The translations under genes were made by a program, and so were the position numbers. A stretch of DNA of 64,000 bases from a virus (taxonomy: Duplodnaviria; Caudoviricetes), in IMG/VR virus record IMGVR_UViG_3300032216_001431, positions 1 to 64,000 of that record; one strand, written 5' to 3'. Below, one piece after another: positions 6,587 through 17,062 of this stretch (within the stretch, counting starts at the first letter, position 1; each line of letters begins with the position of its first letter). The notes below the pieces were generated by a model. The model saw only the letters and a list, made by a program, of their open reading frames with translations, did not search any database and was not told the origin of the DNA.

Positions 6587-9043
6587 TTGTCATATTCACT
6601 TTTAGTGCAAGGAGATAGACCATTAGATTACTGGAAACTTAATAGTAATCCTACTGGTGGTAATTTTAGTGGAATAAATTTTGCTTATCAAGCGCCTCCC
6701 CTAACTGCAAATAGCGCCTGCGCTCTTCAATTTACTTATTCAAATAATGCTTCAGTTTCTATTACAAACACTTATGATATTTTTCATAAAAATTACAATA
6801 ATAAAGCGTTTGATATAGAGTTTTGGTTTTCTTTCAATAACATGCTTGATGGTTCTGGTTATTTAAAAAATGCTTCAAGTGCGACTCAATATTTTTCAAA
6901 CAATTCTTTAAAAATAATAAAAATTATAGACGGATCAACTGAAGTCGGTTCAATTAACTATGATTATGATGATAATACTTTTAGGTTTTCTATATATGGA
7001 ACTTCAAATCAAGATGCTTATATACCAGTTAGAAATTTAAATGTTCCATTTTACATAGTTGCTTCGTATCTTAATGGAAAGTTATCTATTTTTGTTAATG
7101 GTGAAACTGGTACTTCAGGTGAAGTTGTAACTTATTCATTTTTATCTAAACCTTCTGGAAGAATTGTTATAGATACAACAAGTCTTACTTCTAATTCTGG
7201 TCCCGGTTTTTTAGTAAGTGACCTTGCTTTTTATGATTATCCATTAAGCATGGAACAGAAAAGAAAAAGGGTTGTGTGGGGATATACAAATGAAAAACCA
7301 ACTTTTCTTACAAGGAACCTTGGATTGTCCTATTTTGATATTTCTGAAAAGAATTATCATACTTTGCATTATGAAATAGTTGAAGGGGGTACTTTTAATA
7401 ATTATTCTTATTTAAATAATCTTATAATTAATGAAGATTTTGGATTGATGCCAAAAAGAATAAAGGATCTTGAATTAAATGATAAATCCTCAGTGTATGC
7501 AAGTGTTTCTTTTTCTTCATCCGGCGCTCGCCTTAATGATTATGGATCAATAGTAGTAAATAATTTTGGTGAGTTAGTTGGAACCAGTTCACCTTTTACC
7601 CTTACCTGTCAAGCAATAAGTAACACTTCTAATGCCACATATTTGTTTTCATTTTTAGATAGTAATACTAATAATTTAATTTATTCATACTATGACAGTA
7701 CAGGGCTTTTTGTAAATTCTTATAATTTTGAAACTTCTGCTTCTACTAATTTAACTTCTTTGCTAGGAGCAACAACATCTACAACAACTTATTACGCTGG
7801 TTTTAATTTTAATAGTTCAAGTTTGACAACCTACTGGGGGTCAGGTGGTGCAACTACTGCATCTTCTGTAGTTTCAGTTTCTCCAATAAAACTAAAAGAT
7901 AGTACACAATTAGAAATAGGAAATTGTTTAATATTAAATTCTGCATCATCAAGTTCACAAATTAAAAATTTTGGTATATCTGATTATTCTGGAAATTTAT
8001 CTTGGAATAATGGTGTAGGGTTTGATTATTCTATAAATCAAAAATTTTTAGCAAGGTTAACCTCTAACTTGACAATATCTCAAATAGGTTCTTGGATTAA
8101 AAAAATTCCAATTTCTTCTTATTCAAATGAAATTATTTCAAGTAAAATTTCTTGGGATTCTATGGATAATTGTTTAATTCAATCGTCTATAGATAGTGGA
8201 AACAATTGGACAACTATAACAAAAGGATCTCAAATACCTGATTTAATTTATGGTGATATCAATAATGATGTTTATTTAAAAATAATTATTCCAACTGAAT
8301 ATACAGTTCAAACAAACACACAATCTTTTAATGGTTTAGAAATAAGTTTATATAACGATTTATCATTTTTTTCAGAAAACAATAAATTTGAATTAATTCC
8401 AAAAACAAGTGTTACTGGAGATCATTCTTTTAATATTCAAAGAATGGATCAACCAATATTTTTTAGAAAAGATAATTTTGGTATAAAATTTAATAAAAAT
8501 TCTTCTGGTTCTGTTCATGGGTATGCACAAATATCACCAACCTCAAGTACTTATAATTTTTATGGAACAGATTTTTGGATGAGATTTAATTCAATTGATT
8601 CTGGAAGAATAAATAATATTTTAACATTAGGTTCTACTGGCCCAACTATTTCAATTGGAACTACAGGTAGTTTAACTTTCAATATTGGGAATTTGTACAT
8701 AAATGGAAATGCGGTAGCAAATAATGGTTTCGTGCCAGTTTCTGGAAGGCATTATCATGTAGTTTACGATTTTGGTGCGGCTTACAATTCAAGTGCAATG
8801 TTTTTAGGAGGTTCAGTCACCAATCAACATATGCATGGATCTCTAGGTTACATATCAATTTGGAGTAGTTCTGTAAATTCAAATACTGCTTCATCAAGAT
8901 ATTTAAATTATGTTGGTAATTATGTTATGCAAATTCCTTCAACAAGTACTCTAACTACATCAGATTCATCTGCAAGTACAAAATGGCAGTCGAATTGGAA
9001 TTTAGATCGCATAACTACTGCTTGCGCGTTCAAACTTGGTTAA
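6587..9043 (+). CDS. LamG/ConA-like domain virion protein
   Basis: D.PL.YW.L start, IEFWF, LSIFVNG, DLAFYDYPLS, second LamG-like unit at C-terminus. Confidence 0.65.
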   Translation: MSYSLLVQGDRPLDYWKLNSNPTGGNFSGINFAYQAPPLTANSACALQFTYSNNASVSITNTYDIFHKNYNNKAFDIEFWFSFNNMLDGSGYLKNASSATQYFSNNSLKIIKIIDGSTEVGSINYDYDDNTFRFSIYGTSNQDAYIPVRNLNVPFYIVASYLNGKLSIFVNGETGTSGEVVTYSFLSKPSGRIVIDTTSLTSNSGPGFLVSDLAFYDYPLSMEQKRKRVVWGYTNEKPTFLTRNLGLSYFDISEKNYHTLHYEIVEGGTFNNYSYLNNLIINEDFGLMPKRIKDLELNDKSSVYASVSFSSSGARLNDYGSIVVNNFGELVGTSSPFTLTCQAISNTSNATYLFSFLDSNTNNLIYSYYDSTGLFVNSYNFETSASTNLTSLLGATTSTTTYYAGFNFNSSSLTTYWGSGGATTASSVVSVSPIKLKDSTQLEIGNCLILNSASSSSQIKNFGISDYSGNLSWNNGVGFDYSINQKFLARLTSNLTISQIGSWIKKIPISSYSNEIISSKISWDSMDNCLIQSSIDSGNNWTTITKGSQIPDLIYGDINNDVYLKIIIPTEYTVQTNTQSFNGLEISLYNDLSFFSENNKFELIPKTSVTGDHSFNIQRMDQPIFFRKDNFGIKFNKNSSGSVHGYAQISPTSSTYNFYGTDFWMRFNSIDSGRINNILTLGSTGPTISIGTTGSLTFNIGNLYINGNAVANNGFVPVSGRHYHVVYDFGAAYNSSAMFLGGSVTNQHMHGSLGYISIWSSSVNSNTASSRYLNYVGNYVMQIPSTSTLTTSDSSASTKWQSNWNLDRITTACAFKLG

Positions 9044-9082
9044 AAATTATCAATTTTGGCATTTTAATGGTAATATTGTGTC

Positions 9083-9427
9083 ATGATTCCAAATAAAACT
9101 AAAATGACTGTAGTTGAAGAAGTTTCCTATGGTCTTTATTTATGGCAAATGCCTGACGGCTCACTTGTAACTGACGAAGATGGTAATCATATGAATATTG
9201 CTGCAATGAAAGGTGATATGCGTAAGATTAATGCTTTAAAGCAATTTGCAAAAGATATGGGTGTTGAAGAGGGTAAGCCTATGTGGATGGGTGGACATCG
9301 ACAAGTTACTTCTGATGAATATGAAGAACAGAAACAAAGGTTAGAATGGGGTCTGATTCCTGATGAGTTAGACGTTCCCGCCATCAAAGAAGACCTTATT
9401 CAGAAAAAGAAAATGGGTATTATATAA
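9083..9427 (+). CDS. conserved phage hypothetical protein upstream of portal (probably leaderless)
   Basis: ORF track; TGGTAATAT at 9068-9076 is 6 nt before the ATG. Confidence 0.75.
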   Translation: MIPNKTKMTVVEEVSYGLYLWQMPDGSLVTDEDGNHMNIAAMKGDMRKINALKQFAKDMGVEEGKPMWMGGHRQVTSDEYEEQKQRLEWGLIPDELDVPAIKEDLIQKKKMGII

Positions 9428-11010
9428 TGTCGTTATTTCCTGTTGATGATTTTGATGATGACGATACTAATTTAATTAAAATTTCTGCTGGCGGGTCTAG
9501 TAAGGATTCATTTATATCTGAAAACTCCTTTGAAGATCCATTTTCTAAAAATTGGGAAGAATTATCAAAAATTGATGGTCTAAGTCCTAATTTTAGAAGA
9601 AAAGCAAATCGTTTAGAGAAAGCCTATACTGGTCGTGGGGATGCGAAATCAAAAAAACTTGATCCGCTTGATCTTACAGGCTACTCACTTTTTCAAATTG
9701 TTCAACCACCATACAATGTCATGTATTTGGCTCAACTTTATGATATTTCTCCATTCCATCATTCTGCTGTTAACGCAAAATGTGCAAATGTTGTAGGATT
9801 AGGTTATCATTTCGAAGAAACTCAAAAAATGTTAGATAAAATTGAAGATGTTCTTGATGATGCTGCTAAATTAGATAAGGTTCGTCGCAGAATTGCTAAA
9901 GCAAAACGTGAATTAACTGATTATTTAGAATCGATGAACTCAGATGACAGTTTTTTGCGTATTATGAAGAAAATTTACACTGATTATGAAGTTACGGGTA
10001 ATGGTTATATGGAAATTGGTCGAACTTCTTCAGGAAAAATTGGTTATATTGGTCATATTCCAACAACTACTATGAGAATTCGTCGTCACAGGGACGGGTT
10101 TGTTCAAGTTGTCTATAACCGTTATACTTTTTTTAGAAATTTTGGTGATATCAACACTGAAGATCAAATTGGTACAGATCCTACGCCAAACGAAGTAATT
10201 CATTTTAAAAAATATACTCCAACAAACACTTACTATGGAGTTCCAGATATTTTATCTGCTAAAAATGCAATTGCAGGTGATGAATTTGCTTCTAGATTTA
10301 ATCTTGATTATTTTGAGAATAAAGCAGTACCTAGATACATTATTACAGTAAAAGGTGCTAAACTAAGTGCTGATTCTGAAAGAAAACTTCTTGAATTTTT
10401 CCAAACTGGGTTAAAAGGAAGAAATCATCGTACCTTGTACATTCCGTTGCCATCAGATGGTGAAAATTCTCGCGTAGAGTTTAAAATGGAGCCAGTTGAA
10501 GCAGGAATTCAAGACTCTTCATTCAAAAATTACACATCTGAGAATCGTGATAGGATTTTGACCGCACACAGTGTTCCTGTAACTAAAATTGGTGGTGTAG
10601 ATGTTGGTGGTTTAGCCGCAGCAGCGGCAGCAGACAAAACTTTCAAAGAACAAGTTACTCGCCCAGCACAGGATGAACTTGAACAAAAAATAAACATGAT
10701 TATTCGTGAATTTACCGATGCTTTTACTCTTCAATTTAATGAACTTACACTTACTGATGAAATAACTCAAAGTAAGATTGATGAAGTGTATCTTCGTATG
10801 CAAGTCATTGCTCCTAACGAGGTTCGTGTTAGAAAGAATCTTCCTCCGCGTGCGGGTGGAGATGAGCCTGTTAAGATTGGTGCTGCGGCAGCAGCAGAAG
10901 AAAATGCACAGGCAGGGCAAACAAGAGTTAGAGATGGTCAGCGTACTGCTAACGCTTCTGATACTCATGGGGATAGAAATCCTAAAGGTGAAGGTAGGAA
11001 AACAACTTAA
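9427..11010 (+). CDS. portal protein
   Basis: GNGYMEI, EVIHFK, YYGVP, FENKAVP, PNEVR motifs; position before protease and capsid. Confidence 0.92.
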   Translation: MSLFPVDDFDDDDTNLIKISAGGSSKDSFISENSFEDPFSKNWEELSKIDGLSPNFRRKANRLEKAYTGRGDAKSKKLDPLDLTGYSLFQIVQPPYNVMYLAQLYDISPFHHSAVNAKCANVVGLGYHFEETQKMLDKIEDVLDDAAKLDKVRRRIAKAKRELTDYLESMNSDDSFLRIMKKIYTDYEVTGNGYMEIGRTSSGKIGYIGHIPTTTMRIRRHRDGFVQVVYNRYTFFRNFGDINTEDQIGTDPTPNEVIHFKKYTPTNTYYGVPDILSAKNAIAGDEFASRFNLDYFENKAVPRYIITVKGAKLSADSERKLLEFFQTGLKGRNHRTLYIPLPSDGENSRVEFKMEPVEAGIQDSSFKNYTSENRDRILTAHSVPVTKIGGVDVGGLAAAAAADKTFKEQVTRPAQDELEQKINMIIREFTDAFTLQFNELTLTDEITQSKIDEVYLRMQVIAPNEVRVRKNLPPRAGGDEPVKIGAAAAAEENAQAGQTRVRDGQRTANASDTHGDRNPKGEGRKTT

Positions 11011-11049
11011 ATTTTGATTTGACAAAATTTAATGTTAACATTTAAACAA

Positions 11050-12669
11050 ATGGAAATTAACAAAGTTTCATGGAACAATAGCGAAAAAAAAGTTAATCTA
11101 GCATTTCCTATCGCTAAAGTCAACAAGGAAAAACGCACTGTTTCGGGGTTTGCGACCCTTGATAATATTGATCGTCATGGAGACATTGTTACACCAGAAG
11201 CCAGCGAGAAGGCTTTCACTCGTTTTCGCGGTAATTTGAGAGAGATGCACCAACCTATTGCTGTAGGGAAGGTGCTTTCTTTTTCTCCAAAAGAATTTTT
11301 AGATCCACAAACTAATAAATCTTATCAAGGTGTTTATGTAAATGCTTATATTTCAAAAGGCGCACAAGATACATGGGAAAAAGTACTTGATGGAACATTG
11401 ACAGGTTTTTCAATTGGTGGAAACATTGTTGAATCATCATATGAACCCGGCGACTCAAAAGAAGATACAAGAATAATTAAAGATTATGAACTTATGGAAC
11501 TTAGCCTAGTTGATAATCCTGCCAACCCACTTGCTAATATTTTTTCTATTCAAAAGAATGTTGATGGAATGGTACTTAAAGGGATGGCGGCAGAAACTGA
11601 AATTGAAAATGTTTTTTGGTGTAATACTGATTTAGTTGCTACAACTTCAACTGCATCTTTCTCTGATTGTATGTCATGTGGTGATTCCATGACTAATGTT
11701 GGTTGGGTTGAAAAATCAGATACAGAAAAAAATGTTTCTATCAAAAAGGCTATAGATACTTATTTTGCTAAAGATGATGCTCCCGGTCCAACACATGAGG
11801 CAACTACTCAAGATGGTGACGCAACTGTAACTAGTCAAAACACAATTAATCTTTATCCAGATCAAGATGCTATCAAAAAGGGTGGTTCTGTTGGCAGTTA
11901 TGTCAAATGGAATTCTAGCGGTGGAACTGCTTATGGTAAAATTATTAGAGTTATTAAAAGTGGTTCTTATAAAGTCCCCGGTACGTCCTTTGAGATTACG
12001 GGAACAAAAGAAGATCCTGCAGCAGCAGTAAGGCTGTATAAAAAAACTGCAAAAGGTTTTGTGGCAACTGAAACAATGGTTGGTCACAAATTAAGCACTC
12101 TGACCCAAGTATCGGTCAAGATTACAAAGAGTGCCGATGAAAAACTTCTACGCAAAGGAGGGAATAAAGAAATGGCAGACGAAATAAACGAAACTTTCTC
12201 AGAAGAAGTTGTCGAAAATGTACCAGAAATTGAAGTTGTTGAAGAGTTTGCTGCTGTGGATTCTGAGGTAGTTGAAGGCGATGTTGAAAAAGCCGCAACC
12301 GTTTCCGAACTTCCAGTAGATGAACTAGACTTTGCAAAGATGGTTGACACTCTCAAGGCAGAAATCACAGAAACAATTACAAAGAATTATGCTGATGCTA
12401 CTAATGCGGCTCAGGACGTTCAGAAATCAGTTGACGATGTTAACTCACACATTCAGAAATCTATCGATGACTTTGGTTCAAAAGTTACCGAACTTTCAAA
12501 CAATGTTGCAGAAGTTACCAAGATGGTTAGCGATTTACAGAAGCGTGTAGACGCATACGAAAGTACAACAGCAATAAAGAAGTCTGGCGATGTGCAAACT
12601 TCACCAGATGAAAATAAAATAACAAAGAGCATTTGGCAAGGGCACTTCCTCGGTGTAAATAACATTTGA
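11050..12669 (+). CDS. prohead (HK97-type) maturation protease fused to a Tudor-like insert and scaffold
   Basis: VSGFAT..DRHGD, REMH, GFSIGG, ELSLVDNPAN; start MEINK (11050) preferred because TGTTAACAT at 11033-11041 covers the ORF-track start 11032. Confidence 0.88.
   Translation: MEINKVSWNNSEKKVNLAFPIAKVNKEKRTVSGFATLDNIDRHGDIVTPEASEKAFTRFRGNLREMHQPIAVGKVLSFSPKEFLDPQTNKSYQGVYVNAYISKGAQDTWEKVLDGTLTGFSIGGNIVESSYEPGDSKEDTRIIKDYELMELSLVDNPANPLANIFSIQKNVDGMVLKGMAAETEIENVFWCNTDLVATTSTASFSDCMSCGDSMTNVGWVEKSDTEKNVSIKKAIDTYFAKDDAPGPTHEATTQDGDATVTSQNTINLYPDQDAIKKGGSVGSYVKWNSSGGTAYGKIIRVIKSGSYKVPGTSFEITGTKEDPAAAVRLYKKTAKGFVATETMVGHKLSTLTQVSVKITKSADEKLLRKGGNKEMADEINETFSEEVVENVPEIEVVEEFAAVDSEVVEGDVEKAATVSELPVDELDFAKMVDTLKAEITETITKNYADATNAAQDVQKSVDDVNSHIQKSIDDFGSKVTELSNNVAEVTKMVSDLQKRVDAYESTTAIKKSGDVQTSPDENKITKSIWQGHFLGVNNI
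12172..12669 (+). CDS. nested in-frame scaffolding protein (MADEINETF...)
   Basis: AAGGAGGG SD at ~12155-12162 before in-frame ATG; acidic then coiled-coil sequence. Confidence 0.6.
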   Translation: MADEINETFSEEVVENVPEIEVVEEFAAVDSEVVEGDVEKAATVSELPVDELDFAKMVDTLKAEITETITKNYADATNAAQDVQKSVDDVNSHIQKSIDDFGSKVTELSNNVAEVTKMVSDLQKRVDAYESTTAIKKSGDVQTSPDENKITKSIWQGHFLGVNNI

Positions 12670-12715
12670 TCTTAAAATATTAAACTTTTTAAAAAAAAGG
12701 TAGGTGAAAAAAAAT

Positions 12716-13888
12716 ATGAGCAACGAACTTTTACAAAAAGTAATCGATACAACTAACCTTGGTAATCCATCCTCGTTTTCAGTAACGGCTGATGGTCAGA
12801 CTGTGAACTCTGGTAATGGTAACCTTTACCCAGATCAGGCTAACCGATTCCTTGACTACATGTGGGATGCAACTATTCTCGCAAAGTCAGCACGCACAAT
12901 TCGTATGCGCTCAAACACAACAGAAATTGATCGTGTTTCAGTAGGGCAGAGAATTATGACCGTGGCACAGGAAGATCGTCCAGTTGACTGGGTGAATAAC
13001 ACCGGCTCCGGTGCGTTCACACCTGCAGGTGCTACATTCTCAAAGATTTCTCTAACAACTCGTAAACTACGTCTTGATTGGGAACTTTCAGCAGAAGCAC
13101 TTGAAGATAACGTCGAAGGACCAGATCTAGAAGATCACATCGCTCGTCTTATGGCTACACAGGCTGGTAATGACGTTGAAGATGTTCTAATTAATGGTGT
13201 TGGTACCGCAACTACAACTGGTTTGATGAGTGCATTTAAGGGTTTCCGTAGTCTTGCTGTTAACAACGCACACGTTGTTGATGCAAATGGCGTCGGACTT
13301 GACAAATCAGTATTCAATGCTGCTATCAAGGCACTTCCCCGTAAATATAAGCAACGCAGAAATCAGTTGAGATTCTTTGCAGGTTCAAACTTGGTACAAG
13401 ATTATCTATATAACCTTACTGCTTCTGGTGGTTCTGTTAATCCATATGATATTGCTTCTGGCATTATCCGTGGTGAAACAGCAGCCAACGATGGCGGTCC
13501 CGGTACAACTACACCATTTGCATTTGGCATCCCAGTCATCAACGTCCCGTTGATGGATGAGACAAGAGATTCAACTGGACTTCAGAGTGGTGAAACAAGT
13601 TATTCTTCTGCAAGTGCTAATTACGGTGATCTTCACCTTACTTTCCCACAAAACTTTATTGTCGGTATTAAGCGTGATGTTGTCGTTTATCGCGTGTTCC
13701 AGCCCAAGAAAGATACAATTGAATACACACTATTCATTCGTGTTGGCTGTGCAATCGAAAACTATGACGCACACGTTATCGTTAAGGGTCTTAGGACTGG
13801 TGCAGCAACTGCAAGCAACTTTAATCAGACTTACACAGTTGATAACAAAGTTAGCCTTACAGGTGGTTCAGGTAGTTTTACTTGGTAA
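12716..13888 (+). CDS. major capsid protein (HK97 fold)
   Basis: Position and size; RLDWELSAEALEDN, GNDVEDVLING; AGGTAGGTG SD before ATG 12716. Confidence 0.92.
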   Translation: MSNELLQKVIDTTNLGNPSSFSVTADGQTVNSGNGNLYPDQANRFLDYMWDATILAKSARTIRMRSNTTEIDRVSVGQRIMTVAQEDRPVDWVNNTGSGAFTPAGATFSKISLTTRKLRLDWELSAEALEDNVEGPDLEDHIARLMATQAGNDVEDVLINGVGTATTTGLMSAFKGFRSLAVNNAHVVDANGVGLDKSVFNAAIKALPRKYKQRRNQLRFFAGSNLVQDYLYNLTASGGSVNPYDIASGIIRGETAANDGGPGTTTPFAFGIPVINVPLMDETRDSTGLQSGETSYSSASANYGDLHLTFPQNFIVGIKRDVVVYRVFQPKKDTIEYTLFIRVGCAIENYDAHVIVKGLRTGAATASNFNQTYTVDNKVSLTGGSGSFTW

Positions 13889-13906
13889 TAATAACCGCTA
13901 TAGATT

Positions 13907-13938
13907 CAAGGGAGGCAAACGCCTCCCTTGTTTCTTTT
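13907..13938 (+). terminator. intrinsic terminator after capsid gene
   Basis: CAAGGGAGGC-AAAC-GCCTCCCTTG followed by TTTCTTTT. Confidence 0.9.
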
Positions 13939-13972
13939 CTGATATAATTTTTATATAAAGAAAGGAAAAAAA

Positions 13973-14365
13973 ATGTCTTTTAATGATTTGAAATTGGCAG
14001 ACCTTAAATTGGTAGCCGAAAATTTTAGTGTAGATTTACCAGAAAAAATTTCTAAAAACGATCTTGTTCTTCTTTTAGAGGAAGAGGGTGTGAGTTATGA
14101 AATGTATGAAAGTTTTAATAATGTAGCAAAAGATGAGGCTACTTTAAATGAAGAAAAGCAACAAAGGGCTGAGGCATTAAAAAATGAACCGGCGCTCTTG
14201 GTCAAAATGGATAGATCTAATTTTTCATATCAGGTTGGTCCGTATACTTTTACTTTAGATCACCCTTTTATTGCAATGCCTGAGTCTCATGCTCAAAAAG
14301 TTTTTGATACGGAACAGGGATTTAGACCAGCCACTCCTAGAGAGGTTCAGGATTTTTATTCCTAA
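13973..14365 (+). CDS. hypothetical protein with N-terminal Rho-N/SAP-like helix pair
   Basis: LKLADLK..A...I.K.DL pattern; TGATATAAT at 13940-13948. Confidence 0.7.
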   Translation: MSFNDLKLADLKLVAENFSVDLPEKISKNDLVLLLEEEGVSYEMYESFNNVAKDEATLNEEKQQRAEALKNEPALLVKMDRSNFSYQVGPYTFTLDHPFIAMPESHAQKVFDTEQGFRPATPREVQDFYS

Positions 14366-14380
14366 ATGGAGGTAATTTAA

Positions 14381-15331
14381 TTGCAAGAGATTCATAATGG
14401 ATCTACTCAAACACTGCAAATTACTATTCTTAAAAATGGTGTTGAAAGTGCAGCAGATGGAGCGGTTTCTGTTTCAATTTACGATGTTTCTAGTGTTAAT
14501 GCTAGTTCGTCTGCCCTTGTTACAGGAACCGCCTCTGCAACAGGCTCTCAAGGGGTATATGAATATTCAATAACCCCAACATTAACATCTTTAAATAGGG
14601 TTATAAGAACAGATTATTCTTATACATTGGGTGGAATAGCAACTAAACAGTCAACATATAATGAAATTGTAACTCCTTATGCTACAACATCTGATTTGAT
14701 TGATTATTACAATTTAGGAACAAGCCCTAATGATTTAAATTATAAATCAGCAGAAGTTCTTCAGCAATTGGAAAAAATTGCTAGAACGCTTATTCATGGT
14801 TACTCTGGTCAAACATTTGGCAGGCGTTACTGGTTTCAAGAACAATTTGGTTCAGGTTCCGATGCCCTCTGGTTAACAGAAAGAATGATTTCAATTGATC
14901 AAATGTATGAAAATGGAGTTTTAATTTATGATACAACTGTAAGTCCATCCGTAAATTATTTTGGATTTCCTATTGAATTAACTCCAACTGGTAAATCAAT
15001 TAGAGTTGTAAATGCTGGTTGGGATGTTAGGTACGATAATCAAGTAGACCCAACTGTTATAAATTATGGAAGATTTAGAGAATCTACTAGATATAAAGTT
15101 TTTGGAACTGTTGGGTGGGATTATATTCCTATAGATATTAAATTATGTGCAATCCTTCTGGTGGGTGATCTGATGGCAAATGATGCTGCTTGGAGAATCA
15201 AATATTTAAGTGAAGTAAGTATGAGTGACACTTCATTTAAAATGGCTGGGGGAGCCTTTAACGGAACAGGCAACCTGATTGTAGATAACATCCTTGATCA
15301 ATATCGTAATGTTGGAATGACAATTATCTAA
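14381..15331 (+). CDS. head-to-tail adaptor
   Basis: PYAT.., AR.LI.GYSGQ.F, GWDYIP.DI, V..IL..YR pattern; TTG start with GGAGG SD. Confidence 0.8.
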   Translation: MQEIHNGSTQTLQITILKNGVESAADGAVSVSIYDVSSVNASSSALVTGTASATGSQGVYEYSITPTLTSLNRVIRTDYSYTLGGIATKQSTYNEIVTPYATTSDLIDYYNLGTSPNDLNYKSAEVLQQLEKIARTLIHGYSGQTFGRRYWFQEQFGSGSDALWLTERMISIDQMYENGVLIYDTTVSPSVNYFGFPIELTPTGKSIRVVNAGWDVRYDNQVDPTVINYGRFRESTRYKVFGTVGWDYIPIDIKLCAILLVGDLMANDAAWRIKYLSEVSMSDTSFKMAGGAFNGTGNLIVDNILDQYRNVGMTII

Positions 15332-15774
15332 TGATTAATTCCTATATTGGTAGCATTATGAATATGACTGTTGATGTTTATAGTCAACAAAATTCTCAAA
15401 CCAATAGTGGTGCTATTAGTAGAAGTTGGGTTTATGATAAAACAATTGATTGTAAAGTGGAACCTTTAAAAAGTACTACTAGTAGTCATGGGGAAGCAAA
15501 AGAGTTTAAAACAAATAATCAAAATATGTATTTTGAAAATGTAGAATTAAAAATTAAATGTGCTGTACCATTAAGTAAAAGAAATAGAATTACATCAGTG
15601 AAATCTTCAGATGGTCAAGTTGTATATAATGAAATAGATAAATATAATAGTCCAGCCACCGTCTTTGAAGTAATTTCGTTACACGCGGTACTTGATCCGT
15701 TAGGAAAAATAAATTTTTATGAAGGACTTTTAAGAAGAGTTCAGGTGCAAGATAATGATACAAGTTTTAATTAA
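15331..15774 (+). CDS. head-to-tail stopper / head closure protein
   Basis: Size and synteny. Confidence 0.7.
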   Translation: MINSYIGSIMNMTVDVYSQQNSQTNSGAISRSWVYDKTIDCKVEPLKSTTSSHGEAKEFKTNNQNMYFENVELKIKCAVPLSKRNRITSVKSSDGQVVYNEIDKYNSPATVFEVISLHAVLDPLGKINFYEGLLRRVQVQDNDTSFN

Positions 15775-16483
15775 TCCATCAGATATTAATAATGTTGTAA
15801 AAAAAATAGAACAAAAAGTACAACAAGCAGAAGCAACTGTTTCTCCTATGGCTTTAACAGAAATTGGTAAAGCAGTTTTTACAATTACAACTAAGGCTTT
15901 TATTAGAGATTTATCTTTAGCAGCAAAAACTGATCCTAAAAAGTATCATCATTTATATGAATGGAATGAAATTGGTAGACCTTCAAGTAAACTTTTTCTT
16001 ATAAAAAGAACAAATGTTCAATATGGAAAATTAAAAATTACCTTTATACCTATAAAATCAAGCAAACCAGTTCCAATAAAATCTAAATTACTTGAACCGG
16101 GAACTACTGGAAAATCTGTAAACTCTCATTATATTTTTAAAAATAAAATGGAAATTATGGAAAGTGATACGCCAATTCATATAGTTACTAAGAATACTAT
16201 TATTTTTTTGAATAAAGAAAATGGATTAGTTTTTGTACCTAAGAATAAAATAATAAATATTCTTCATCCCGGCGGTCAGGCAACAACTAATTCTTTAAGA
16301 AATTTCTCAGAAATTTGGTACAACACTAGGTCAGAAACTGTTATTAATAATTCAAGAATTATTAAAGAAATAGAGAATTGTGTTGCTACTGTTTTAAATC
16401 GTCCTAATTCTAGTAAAATAGAAGTAATTAATTCTATTAAACAAACATCAGAAAAATATTCTTTAGGGATTGATACATTCTAA
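15755..16483 (+). CDS. neck / tail completion protein
   Basis: Synteny; HHLYEW motif. Confidence 0.6.
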   Translation: MIQVLINPSDINNVVKKIEQKVQQAEATVSPMALTEIGKAVFTITTKAFIRDLSLAAKTDPKKYHHLYEWNEIGRPSSKLFLIKRTNVQYGKLKITFIPIKSSKPVPIKSKLLEPGTTGKSVNSHYIFKNKMEIMESDTPIHIVTKNTIIFLNKENGLVFVPKNKIINILHPGGQATTNSLRNFSEIWYNTRSETVINNSRIIKEIENCVATVLNRPNSSKIEVINSIKQTSEKYSLGIDTF

Positions 16484-16989
16484 TGGCAGATTATTATTCA
16501 TTAGCAATAAATGAAATTAGACTTTATTTATGGGATCAGTTAAAAAATGCGGGTATTCTAAAAGAATCTAACTATTATGCAGATGGCTTTGACACAGCAA
16601 TAATCCCAATTATTCCAGAACAACAAGTTCCTGAATTCAATAATCTACTTAGTGGTCAAACTTATATTGTTTATCAGTGTGAAACATTACCAACAGATAC
16701 TCAATGGTGGATTTCTCATGAATTAATTAATTTTATGGTTTATTCTCCACGATATGATGAAGCAGCAGCAATTGTTAATTTTATGACAGACCTTTTTAGA
16801 AGATATGATGATTCAGCAAAAGATATTAAAACATTTAATATTGCTTCAACTAATTATTTATATTATTATTCAGCAATTCAAAGTATAAAATCTCCCCTTC
16901 CCTCAGAATACGAAGGCGGCCTTAAAACAGGTTATATCGATGTGCTATTTTGCTACAGCAGAATAACAGATCCAAACGGTCGTTTCTAG
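16483..16989 (+). CDS. tail terminator
   Basis: Synteny just before major tail protein; YIVY motif. Confidence 0.7.
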   Translation: MADYYSLAINEIRLYLWDQLKNAGILKESNYYADGFDTAIIPIIPEQQVPEFNNLLSGQTYIVYQCETLPTDTQWWISHELINFMVYSPRYDEAAAIVNFMTDLFRRYDDSAKDIKTFNIASTNYLYYYSAIQSIKSPLPSEYEGGLKTGYIDVLFCYSRITDPNGRF

Positions 16990-17062
16990 AATTAATTATG
17001 CTATCATAGTATTGAGGAAGTGAAATTGCCAGTTCTTTGGCAAAAGGTAGGTGAAATAAAAA

